64,000 bases of DNA from NCBI GenBank assembly GCA_964016885.1, contig OZ024743.1, forward strand, positions 305,040,001 to 305,104,000, read 5' to 3'. Source of the stretch: Eledone cirrhosa. Lineage: Eukaryota. Every line of letters starts with the position of its first letter. The first letter of the stretch is position 1. The position numbers were made by a program, and so were the translations under genes. This document shows positions 39,013 to 51,324 of the stretch, piece after piece. The notes beneath the pieces are model-generated. The model worked only from the letters and a program-made list of their open reading frames with translations. It was not told where the DNA came from and ran no database searches.

Positions 39013-42000
39013 CATCATCATCATCATCATCATCATCGTTTAACATCCATATTCTTCGCTTGCATGGGTTTGTATGGGAGTTTTCCCACTTGAGGTAAGA
39101 GTGGTTGTCTTGCTCGCATAGGACTGTCTGGCGGGTTTTCTACGGCTGGATGCCCTTCCTAACACCAACCACATTTACAGTGTGGAACTGGGAGGTTTTT
39201 ACCGTGTTACCTACACGGCCACATTACAGCGTGGACTGTGTGTTTTTTTGTCGTGACACCTACACGACCTCATTTGTTTCGGGCTGGATGTTGTGGTACC
39301 AACATAACTTTACATTGAAAGGGGTGTTGTGGATGGGGTTGGGGTAGTGGGATGGGGGTGTATTTTGTTAGAGGTGCCTACTGACTGTAGTAGGTTTCAC
39401 TTTGTACTTAGGTAAGGATGGTCTTTTCTATTACTGTGTAGCGCCAAAGATCTCGGTCCAGTGACATTGTCTTGGAGAAGTGTAAGTGTGTGAGGTCGGA
39501 ATTTATCAAGTCGTCCCAGGTTTTTCTGGGTCTGCCTAATCCGTGGCTACCGTCTATTTTTATTGCCCTGCACTTTTTTATACAGCTGTCGTCTTTCATG
39601 CGCATAACGTGCCATACCAACGTAGCCTTCTCTCGAGTAAACAACATCTGATCCCTCTTATTTCTAATTTTTCCCTTAGTTCGTTTATGCTTTGCCATTC
39701 ACGTATATTACTATTACACATCCAGCGGAGCATGCAAGCTTCGTTCCTCTCCAGTCTGCGTATATCCTCTGCACACAATGCCCAGGTCTCACTGCCATGC
39801 AACATTGCTGTTCGTATGCAGGCATCACACAGCCTGCCTTTCATTTTTAGGGAGAACCCTTTAGCGGCTAATAGTGGTATAAGCTCTCTGAACTTTTTCC
39901 ATCCAGTTCTGACTCGAGCTACTGTACTTTCAGAGGACCCTCCCCCACTGCTGATTTTGTCACCCAGGTAATGGAAGCTGTCCACTATTTCTAAAGAACC
40001 ATCTGTGCAATGGAATGAGCTAGTATTCTGTGGGCACTTGCTGCCATTTATTGCACCAGAGCACCGGCCGCATATAAAATCTATGTTCTTAGTTAGCTTA
40101 CCTGTGATCCCACTACATCTTTATGCACCCATACTTTACATTTGGGACATAAAATGGAGTTTCTACCTACTCCTTTCCTATACACTGAGCATGGCCATTT
40201 CCCGGATGGAACCGGCGCCCTATTTTCCTTCCTACAAACTAGAACTTTAGTCTTAGACAGGTTAATTTTAAGGCCTTTTGATTCTAGGCCATGCTTCCAT
40301 GTTTGGAATTTCTTCTCTAGTTCGGCCATTGATTCAGCTATGAGCTTTAGATCATCTGCGCATAGGAGTTCCCATGGGCAGCCGGTCTTGAACTCCACTG
40401 TTATAGCCTGAAGGGCAATAATAAATAGTAGGGGGCTAAGAACGGAGCCCTGATGAACACCAACTTTTACGCTAAACTCTTCACTATATTCATTGTTAAT
40501 TCTAACCTTGCTGACTGTTTCTTTATACATGGCTTGTATAGCTCTCACAAGCCATTCATCAACAGCTAGTTTTCTAAGAGCCCACCAGATAATGGAACGG
40601 GGGACTCTGTCGAAGGCTTTCTCCAAGTCGAAAATGCTAAGTATAGGGGTTTACTTTTAGCTAGGTACTTATCCTGTAGTTGTCGTACAATGAAAAGAGC
40701 ATCTGTGGTTCTTTTGCCTGACACAAACCCGAACTGCATTTCATCTAGATCATTTCTCTCTCTGATTAGTTGCGCTATTACTTTTTCTGTGACCTTCATG
40801 ACCTGGTCTATTAATTTAATGCCTCTATAATTACTCCAATCTAGGGCATCTCCTTTACCCTTGTAGCAGTTAATGATGATGCTGCTATGCCAGTCCTTTG
40901 GAATAACCCCATTCTGTATGACTTGGTTTACTATCCGGGTGACCATGGTGTGTCCCACCGTTCCAGAAGCTTTCAGCATTTCAGCAACTATTTCTGAAGG
41001 CCCAGCCGCCTTACCCATCTTCATATCTTTTATTGCCTTACTTATTATACTACCTTCGACTAACACTGCTGGTCCCTCTATTGGGTCGATATGGGGGAGA
41101 CTGTCTTTCTCCCATTTATTCTCCTCATTTAGTAGCCTTTCGTAGTGACACTTCCAAGCTACCTTCTTATCAGCGTCAGTGATGGCAAGTACGCCATCAT
41201 CATTAAGTACACACTTCTCTCCGACAATATCATGGTTTTCCTTGACACATTGCCTAGCAATCCTGAACACCTCACGTTTTTGGTCCTCGCGTTGTAGAAC
41301 ATGCTTGAACTTTCTTTCCTCTGCTTCCCTTCTTATGAAGTACACTTTTCTACTAGCTTCCCTCCTGGCCACTTGATAGTCTTCTCTACTTCCCCCATCC
41401 CGCCATACTTTCCAAGCCTGCTTTTTGGCCTTAATTGACTCCTCCACCTTACTGTTCCACCACCATGTTACTCTCCTCCTGCCTATAGGCCTGCTACAGC
41501 CACAGACTTCGTCTGCCGCCATCAGCAGGTTTGCTTTCATGAAATCCCACTGTTCCTCTATATTGTACGACTCTAAATGCTCTTCCTTACTGTTGAAAGC
41601 ACCAAGTAATATGCTTTTAAATTTATTTCTGGCTGTGGGGTCCTTTAGCTTCCATATTTTTCTCCTGAGGATAGTCCTCTTCTGCTGTCGAGTACGTCTC
41701 GTATTGACTATGAGGTCGCTAATTATCAAGCTATGTTGGGAGGTGCATTCTTCATGGGGGAGTGATTTAGTATTTACAACAGACACTCTGTCACGTCTTC
41801 TGGTAAGGATATAATCTACCTGGCTGGTATGTTCCCCTGATCTGTAGGTGATCATGTGATTGTCTTGTTTTTTAAAGTTAGTGTTACAGATAGTTAGGTT
41901 ATTTGCATCACAGAATTCCAGGATTCTGGAGCCTTCCTCATTTCTAGTACCAAACCCATAGCCTCCGTGGATTCTGTCATAGCCGTCACAATGTTGTCCG

Positions 42001-42770
42001 ACGTGACCATTTAGGTCGCCAGCAATAATTATATAGTCACTGTCGGTTATTTGGGAGGTAGTGAGCATCAGTGTCTCATAGAATCTGTCTTTTATAGCGC
42101 CAGGCAGTCCGTATTGGGGTGCGTACGCAGATATTACTGTCACAGTAGTTCTATTTAGAACATGTCTTATTTTAATTATTCTGTCATTCACTCAATTTAC
42201 GTCTATTATCTTATCCACCCATTTTTCTGCTAACATGATTCCTACCCCACCCAGCCCATTGTCATTTCCCACCCAGAAAAGCTTATAGCATCGGTTTTTA
42301 CCCACAATGAATCTAGCAGACCCGCCCCTCCACTTGGTCTATTGGATACAGCAAACATCAAACTCCTTACGTTCAAGCATTTCTACAACCTCGTTAGAGC
42401 AGCCTTTTAAGGTGCCTACATTCATGGTACCAACTCTGAAGTTTTGGATTGCGTTTGGTGGGTGGGGCGCAGGGAGAGGTGAGCGGGATGGTGTTGGGGT
42501 TATGTTGGCCATCCGCGGCCGCAACAAAAAGGAGGAGGCCTTGCCCTTTCGTCCGGCAGCATGAGGTGAATTTGTCGTTATCTTTGGTATTGTCTTCGAG
42601 TGTCCAGATTCTTCAGACTCTCCAGAAATTCCTTAGTCCATCCATCATATCGAAAAGCAACCAGAGGTGATAGCATAGGCCGTTGACTTGTGATTGGTCC
42701 AAATAATAAAGGTGGAGAGTGGGGGAGGGGTATGGGGTAGTTAGCGAGGAGAAGATTATTTAGAACAGTG
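39013..42770 (-). mobile_element. Near full-length RTE LINE (APE + RT + Cys/His finger) with a few disablements
   Basis: VGTMNVGTL, ISAYAPQ, GDLNGHVG, QVDYIL, NYRGIKL, EKAFDRVPR, HQGSVLSP, CADDL and LHGSETW motifs; (GAT)n tail. 5' boundary approximate. Confidence 0.95.
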
Positions 42771-42931
42771 AGACAGAATTATAAAGTAGCAATTATAAAG
42801 TAGGATTTGGATTCTGGGCGATTATAGATATATATGGATGAATGAACCGAAGGGTGGGGAGACAAGAAGACACACATATATGTGTAAGTATGCATACATA
42901 CACACATACATATACATACATATATATATAT

Positions 42932-42989
<58 letters not shown>

Positions 42990-43307
42990 CATATACACAT
43001 ACATACATATACATATGTACATATGGATTATAATGAACATTAATAATGATATTCGATTTATTAGTAAACAAACAGCCTGATTAAAGCTGTACTGTGCCGA
43101 TGACAAATTGTCATCCATTTGTTCAACACTGGAATTGAGGAACAATGAACATGTTTCTTGGTTATTATCCTTCATCAGGACTGTAATCTTCTGCCAATCT
43201 GTTGAACGGTTGAAATGTATAATATTTTTTAAAGTACACATTGGTTGAGTAGCCTCATCTGTATACCGAGTGAGTTATGGCTGACCATGCTGAAAACTAA
43301 AAGTAAA

Positions 43308-43542
43308 ATTGCTCCCCATTATACTCTCCCATGACACTGGATGGTCATGAGTTGACCCAATTTTTGGCTCACAGCAGAGATGAATGGAGAGAGGAGGTAC
43401 ATTGCTTCACCCTTCACTGCGCCCTTGACATTGGATGGCATGAGTTGATCTAAGTTCAAGCTCACAGCAGAGATGAAAGGAGAGAGGGGGTACACTGCTC
43501 CCTCCTACACTGCTCCCATGACACTAAAGTGTCATGAGTTGA
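43308..43542. repeat. About 92-bp diverged tandem repeat, 2.5 copies
   Basis: Recurring catgagttga...gctcacagcagagatgaa.ggagagagg.ggtaca.tgct. Confidence 0.8.
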
Positions 43543-43667
43543 TAGTATATTATCATAGCAAGCATTAAAGATGTCAGCCATTATACAGTTCTCTTAATAA
43601 TATAATCTTATTGTTGTTTTTTATTTAATAGGAAGGTAAAATAAAATATATTTTTAGGTTTTTTTAC

Positions 43668-43785
43668 CTTCTTCCAACATACGAACACAACTGGTTTTCA
43701 ATTGTCGTATCGTTCAAGTTCTCTTGACAAATATAATTATATGAGCCATTAAACATCACTTGAATTGTATTGTTCTTGTATGTAA
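43668..43785 (-). CDS. First SRCR-like exon
   Basis: Phase 1 to 2: (F)TYKNNTIQVMFNGSYNYICQENLNDTTIENQLCSYVGR(S), matching the SRCR pattern V...IC...C..LG. Confidence 0.9.
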
Positions 43786-44129
43786 CTGAAAAATTAAACA
43801 AAAATGAATTAGATTACTAGAGATAAGAGTTTAAAAAACAATTGACCATCACCAGATATCCTCTTTTTTTGACAGTTAAAAAATGTCAGGCTTCTTGCCA
43901 TTTTCATTGATACAATGAAAGATATGTCTGAAGAATTGGCAAAGTTGTTTTAACAGAAATTAGTAGATATGGGATGTCTGCTGTAGAAATCAAGCCAAAA
44001 TCAGTTACCGTCCCACACTTGCAAGCAGGAAAAAAGCGGACGCAAAATGAAATGATGATGATGATGAGTAGATATGGGATGTCTGCATGAGATGAAGAGA
44101 AAGGGAGCCTCAAACAGATTCATTACAAG

Positions 44130-45372
44130 CAAAAATACAGGTACAAACTCTTTTTATGTAGGTAACAATGATAGGGTAGGTGGAATTAATTGAAGTAGTT
44201 AAGGCATATAATAGTAATATCAAGCTTAGCTTGATTATATGTAATGCAACAATAATTGTTATCTCTGGCTACACGCAACAATCAAGACTGACTAATGAGC
44301 AAAAGACCATTTATTTGAAAACCTCTTGCAAACCACCTCAACTTCCCATTCCTCCAACATACTCATCTGTAAATGATGAGTACCAGTAATAGCTGGATGT
44401 TTAACCCTGCGATGAATTAGTGTCCTCTCCTGGGGAGAATTTGTACTTTCATTTCACACCATGGAAACCAGGATAAGCACTGGCTTGATGAGTCTCCAAG
44501 TTCAAGACATTTAAGGTAGAAGCCTCAATAACAAATAACACAAACTTCATTATTATGGCTGGTGGCTTTAAAGGACATGATGGGCAGCACCAGGATGTTA
44601 CCCACCATGTCTACTCTAAAGTACATGGTGGGTGTGGATCAACTTGAGGGCTAAAATGGTTCAAGGTACTTAGCATTCTGTAATACAAATAAGATAACAA
44701 ATTCAAGAAATTGACCAGGCCACTTGGTCGCCTACCAATCAGGCAAACGTCTCAGCCAGAAAGATTTCATACTCACCAGTTAGACTAGTGATGCACTGCT
44801 AGTCATGAAGACCAAGTCTAGCTAATATCTTTTAGTGATTAGTGGCATTAAAGTCAGCAATACAAGGACACCTAAAGCCAGTTATAATCTGGAGAAAGGG
44901 CTGTGGTGCTGGTAAAGGTGTGGGACTTATGATCACAATGTTGTGTGGTCCTGAAGCTAGAAGCCTCACTGACATTGAAAAGAGGAAGGCATAGAAATAT
45001 TATGAGAGATTGCTGAATATGGAGAAAACATGTGGAGGGAGAAGAGACAGCCCATGTAGATCCAATAGCTGAGCCAGCTATTGAAAGCGACAATTATATG
45101 ATCAAAGTGTCCATTAAAGATATAAAGAGAGAGAAAGCTACCAGAATATTAGGATAGTCACCAATATGTTGACAATATCTAGTGAAGTGTGGTTCAAGTT
45201 ATTCACTTGTATAGACAAACAGATAATACATGGTGGTGTCGTTTACAATGACTAACTCAGTAGTCTGGACATCTCGACAAAAACTTGGTGTAGATTTACA
45301 TCTTGTGTGATCTGTGCAAACAGGTACAGGGATACAGTGACCAAAGTGAGAGCTGGCAATGATTTCAGCAAA
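44130..45372 (+). mobile_element. Highly decayed RTE LINE (APE and N-terminal RT remnants)
   Basis: YKLF..GN, IVISGYTQQ and YRDTVTKVR remnants, collinear with the 39013-42770 element. Confidence 0.6.
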
Positions 45373-45373
45373 G

Positions 45374-46537
45374 TGGCCGGTGCTCTGGTGCAATAAGTAG
45401 CAGCAAGTGCCCACAGAATACTAGCTTTCAACTGCGCAGAGGGTTCTATAGAAATAGTGGACAGCTTCCGTTACCTGGGTGACAAAATCAGCAGTGGGGA
45501 GGGTGCTCTGAAAGTACAGTAGCTCGAGTCAGAACTGGATGGAAAAAGTTCAGAGAGCTTATACCACTATTAGCCGCTAAAGGGTTCTCCCTAAAAATGA
45601 AAGGCAGGTTGTATGATGCCTGCATACGAACAGCAATGTTGCATGGCAATGAGACCTGGGCATTGTTTGCAGAGGATATACGCAGACTAGAGAGGAATGA
45701 AGCTTGCTTGCTCCGCTGGATGTGTAATAGTAATATACGCGAACGGCAAAGCATAAGCGAACTAAGGAAAAAATTAGAAATAAGAGGGATCAGATGTTGT
45801 TTACTCGAGAGAAGGCTACGTTGGTATGGTCACGTGATGCGCATGAAAGACGACAGCTGTATAGCAAAGTGCAGGGCAATAAAGATAGACGGTAGCCACG
45901 GAGTAGGCAGACCTAGAAAAACCTGGGACGAGCTTATAAATTCCGACCTCACACACTTACACCTCTCCAAGACAATGTCACTGGACCGAGAGCTTTGGCG
46001 GTACTCAATAATAGAGAAGACCCGCCTTACCTAAATACAAAGTAAAACCTACTACAGTCAGTAGGCATCTCTAACAAAACACACCGCCGTCCCACCACCC
46101 CAACCCCATCCACACCGCCCCTTTCAATGTAAAGTTATGTTGGTGCCACAACATCCAGGCCGAAACAAATGAGATCGTGTAGGTGTCACGACAAAAAAAC
46201 ACACAGTCCACGCTGTAATGTGACCGTGTTGGCAACACGGTAAAAACCTCCCAGTCCCACACTGTAAATGTGGTTGGTGTTAGGAAGGGCATCCAGCTGT
46301 AGAAAACCCGCCAGACAGTCCACGCTGTAATGTGGCTGTGTAGGCAACACGGTAAAAACCTCCCAGCCCCACACTGTAAATGTGGTTGGTGTTAGGAAGG
46401 GCATCCAACTGTAGAAAACCCGCCAGACAGTCCTATGCGAGCAAGACAACCACTCTTGCCTCAAGTGGGAAAACTCCCGTCCAAGCCCATGCAAGCATGG
46501 AACATGGACGTTAAACGATGATGATGATGATGATGAT
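45374..46537 (+). mobile_element. Young 3' fragment of the same RTE family as 39013-42770, inverted relative to it; 112-bp tandem duplication in its 3' UTR
   Basis: 45541-45600 is the exact reverse complement of 39841-39900; (GAT)n tail. ACAGTCC recurs at 46203, 46315 and 46427. Confidence 0.95.
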
Positions 46538-48758
46538 GTAGCTTACTTATCTGTCAATACATATAAATATTTACTTCCATACTATAAATGAAATACTTGT
46601 TACATACAATTGTCTTGATTATCATTATATTATATAACATGGTGGCAAGTGGAAAACCTAACTTTGATACAATCAGCAACAAAACAATAAAAATACAACA
46701 TTCTAAACACCAAAAGAATTGCCTAGGATTATCAAAACAACAACACAAAAAGACGTAAATACATATTTGAAAACCTCCAAAACCTAAGCACACAAAAAAA
46801 TAACAAATATGTTTGATTACTTTGCTGATCTGCAGCAAGTTTTTGACTGTTAAACTACTACATCATTCTTTCTCAGTGACACATTGTTTACATGTGTGTA
46901 AAGCATAAATTAAGATGAACAAACAATTTTGTTCCTTGATGGATTGGTCAACAACAAACAATCAAGCAGTTGCATTTAAACATTATATTGCACTTTTCAG
47001 AGGAAGGTTGGACACTAACAGACGTTATAAGACACTTGGACACTAACAGATGTTATAAGACACTCAGGGAATACAATGTTTAATAAATTTCTTGAACAGA
47101 GAAGAATTTAAGGTTAGCCGTTTTCAGTTAATGAAGTACAGAAAAAAACAACAAAACATTAAAAAAATTGTACATTATAAACTAAAAGGTGTTCATTCAT
47201 AGAATTAGAACAAGAAGAAGGAAAAGTAAATGCTCACAAAACTATTCACTCCAAATAGAACATATCAAGCCTCAGACACTCATATTAAATAGCTTAGGCT
47301 ATGAATAGTATAAATGATACTTCCAACTAGAGACATAACTAGGGTATGGCAAGCATGATCTGTTTTAGATTAACATTGATGAAAAGCACTAGAGTGTCTA
47401 GATCATTAAACCATTTATATAAATTATTAGGCCGATAGGTAAAAATACAGTACTGGGAACTACATGACCACATTAACATACATTATAGTATGACTTCTCA
47501 AATATTTTAATATGGTTAAATATTTGTCAAAGATCAGTATTATACAAACCACTCTCTTGAAATACAGCAACACTTTTACAAATAATTATTATATACTTAG
47601 GTGTAAAGCATATTTGTAGAAGACAATTAATATTTTTGAGCTGATTTTATAGCTATGTGAAAGATGGGTGTCTGATATTTGGACAGTGGTGCAATTTCTC
47701 TGATTGCCATAGGCACTATTTTCCCTAGTTACACCTCTGTTCCTAATACAACCATACAAGGCATCAAGATATATCAAGATAAAGTTATCAATTGCCTCAA
47801 TCACTGGGCTACAGCATTTCTAATAAGACCAAAGTGAAACTCAAGGCCAAAGATAGCATCTAACAGCACACCCTATCAAGGTCATCACCAAAAAAACCAC
47901 TACAGACATCAATCCCACAAAAAGAAATAAAACTATACAGACTGATGCTGTGTTGTACAATTTGCGATCATCATATTTAGTAGCATGAAATCATCATAAA
48001 CAGAGAAATGAAATTTTTGTGCTGATAAAAATGAAATTGAAATGCACCAAGTATACAAAATCTTTGATGGAAGTTATAAACTGGAGTGTAATGAAACACA
48101 TTGCTAGTGATTACATTTTACTGAACCTTTCTTGGAAGAAAAAGGCCTACTTCCTGCTTTCCCAATACTGATTAGATTCATGATGAATTAAAGTACAGTC
48201 AAAAATGGACAAAAGAATATCACAATAAAACATCCTAGCACTACTTGTAGTAGGACAATTTATACAAGTTCAAGATGGTAAATAAGAATTGATAGTGAGA
48301 GAAATGGTGATGGCTATTGATGAATAATAGTGGAGGGAGTGAAGAATGATGCAATTTAACAAAAAACATCTAATGACATGGAGGTTTAATATGAACATAA
48401 TAATTGGAAGACACAAATGTAGAAATTTTACAAATCAACCCTCTGTAATTTGTAGATATCTACTCTAATATCTGTTGCATGCTTTCCCGATCAAGAAAAT
48501 TTTTGTCAGCTGAAACAAAGCTATATATTCACATACAGATCATGTGTATACACACATACACTTACAAGTATATTATATAGCTATATATACACATACAGAC
48601 TAGGTGTATGCACACATACTAACATTTGCATAGTTATATGTGCATATACAGACCATATATATATGCACACATATTCACATTCATACTACATAGTTATATA
48701 TGCACACGTACACCCATTTATTTTATATATGTATATAGTGTAAACCTTTCCTACTTAC

Positions 48759-48872
48759 AACAATGGAATTCATCAGAGCCATCTTCACAGTCTTTCATAC
48801 CATCGCAACGAAGATCTTTGTTGATGCACATTTCTTTATTGTTGCATTGCCATTGTTTATCATTACATGTTT
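48759..48872 (-). CDS. LDL-receptor class A exon
   Basis: Phase 1 to 1: (E)TCNDKQWQCNNKEMCINKDLRCDGMKDCEDGSDEFHC; six Cys and the DCxDGSDE motif. Confidence 0.95.
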
Positions 48873-50597
48873 CTGAAATTTAAAAATTTACACAAAATAT
48901 AAATCACCTTCATTGCTTACATTGAAGTTTTTACAATCTGGCAAGATACATCTAGCAACATACCCAGCTAGATGTTGATTTTGTTGCTGTTGTAATTTGA
49001 CCCCAGATTAGACTTTATCCAGGGGACTTATGATCAAAAAACCTTCCAGCAGCTACCATGCTGTTATTTTTCAGACATAGTAAATTTGAAACTACATTAT
49101 GTAATGTGTCTTTATATTTCGAAGATTTCAGAAAAGTGGGAGGATGCATAAATACTTTCTCACTATCCTCTCAGTACATATAATAACTTTACCTGTCAAG
49201 TAATAGAGTAGAAATAATTGACTACATGCTCAAAAAGAATGTGTAGCCTCCACCTCCTCATTCTCCTTCTTTTTCTTCACATTGTTTCTGGTGCGATGAC
49301 AAATTTCCTCCTCTAGCTCAGCCTGTCCAACACTGCTGACTGAATTTCCCGTGCTTCCAACCTGATGTCATCTTCAAGAATACCCTTCAGCATGGTGGCT
49401 GGTCTCCCAACTCATCTGCACACATCAGGTTTCCAAAAAAGAACTCTGCCAACAGGTTCCTTGTGATGTTTCATATGTCCATAAATATAAGCCTCCTACG
49501 CGTTATGATGTAAAAAAAGCAAAGGTGTGAGCCATAGAGCAGGATGAGTTTTAAAAAAATGACTGGTGGCCATCTATCTCTGTTTTATATCACTACTATT
49601 GTTATTTTGTTACTCAGTAACCCAGTTGTTATGTATTCCACTTGAAACTAGTATGTTTACCATACAATGATTAGGAAACCTTGCTGATTCACTTACCATT
49701 TAAAGCTATAAAACTATTAATTTTGTCATTCAATAATTAGCAGCCCAGCAGCTGCACTTGCTATTGAAAACTATAAAACTATAAAGCCAATGAATTACCC
49801 ATGTAATAGTTAGCAACTGGAGAGATTCTTTTCCAGCTAAAGTTATTTTATCTTTCAAGAAAATGTTACCAACGTAACTGTAAAAGAAGCCTCTGCATAG
49901 TTGTTTTATCTGATAGAAATTGCAGTCAAATTTCTCTCAATGTTTTAGAAAAGATATATTGGATAATGTAGCCCTGCACATGAGAAAAAAGATGGAATAC
50001 TTTTCATCCTAAATCTACCCAATTAGGGCAGATCTATAGCTAAACTACTATAATAACATCCTGCCTACTACAATTTCTAATTAAAGCTCTTCTGTTTGCC
50101 ATGTAATAGTTGACAAACCAGCTATATCAATTTGCCGCTGAAGCAATTTTGCTTCTCATGCATCTTTTTAATTGTTTATTAACATCCTTCTCTTCAAAAG
50201 CAATAAAATGTTTCACATTTTCTAAATTTTCATTATAAAAGGTTTATCACCAAACTGAGAATGAGACTAAATATGATGATTGGCAAAATTTGTGAAATTT
50301 GTTTTATGCATTGGCACAAATCAAGTTGGAAATAAACATATTTGATATAGATAAATGTTGGTATGCGACATAATTCAATAAAACATAATGTTTTAAGTGA
50401 GCTCATCATCATCCATTTTAAAAATTCATTTTCTACACTAGCATGGATTTTACTGTTTTGTCTACACACCATTGCATAACATACACTTCTTTTCAATTCA
50501 TATATTGGCTGAAGCCATCATAGCAGGTATAGATATCCAGCTCTCTAAATTTGAGAATATCCTCAGCTAACAAAAAACAAGAAATCTATCTGCTTAC

Positions 50598-50732
50598 CAC
50601 AATTTTCTTCATCGGTGCCACCTTCACAGTCAAAATGTCCATCACATAAACTTTTTTTCTGAATGCATGTAGCATTACTAGAACTGTTTCCATTGCGACT
50701 TGGGGGACATATCACTTCACCATTAGCACAAG
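50598..50732 (-). CDS. LDL-receptor class A exon (5'-most exon visible; gene continues beyond the window)
   Basis: Phase 1 to 1: CANGEVICPPSRNGNSSSNATCIQKKSLCDGHFDCEGGTDEENC. GTAAG donor; acceptor TTTAAG is somewhat weak. Confidence 0.9.
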
Positions 50733-51324
50733 CTTAAAGGTGTGAAAAAATAAAAGAAAACATAATAATCATCATCATCAAAGTTTTTACATCTCATCTT
50801 TTTACATGTTTACATTGATTAGATAGGTTGTCACATTCTAAGATTTGATAGCTCAGATGACTAAACTTGGGGCTTGAATAATCACCCAACATCCAACCCA
50901 CCCTGCTTATTAATTTCTCAGATTTGTTCAACCCCTCCTTATTGAATTGTGCTAATCTATCTCCAGCAATATTTTATTTTAACTGGGAGCATTCTGGAAA
51001 CATATAATTTCCTTTGGAGATTAAAAATCATTATACATGACAAAAAAAAAGGTACTTTACTAGAAATCCCATATGTTACAAATTAGATACGATGGGTTGG
51101 AGTCTCAATATGTAAACTAAATGACTAATTCTGATTTTTAAAATAATCAATGGTGACAACCAAGAAATATTACCAATTTTCCAACCCCTTCGCTTAATCC
51201 CCCCACTGATCTGCTTATTCCAGACCCCCTCATTTGGGATCAAAGAGTTCATTATACTTATACATTTCGTTTTGACATAGCTTCAGAGAATTGATGCCCT
51301 TCCTATTGGCAATCACTTTACCAA

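Noticed and set aside
40566-42191. 541-aa ORF as an active LINE or host gene
   Set aside because: Part of an RTE copy with a stop near 42192 and several frameshifts; not autonomous.
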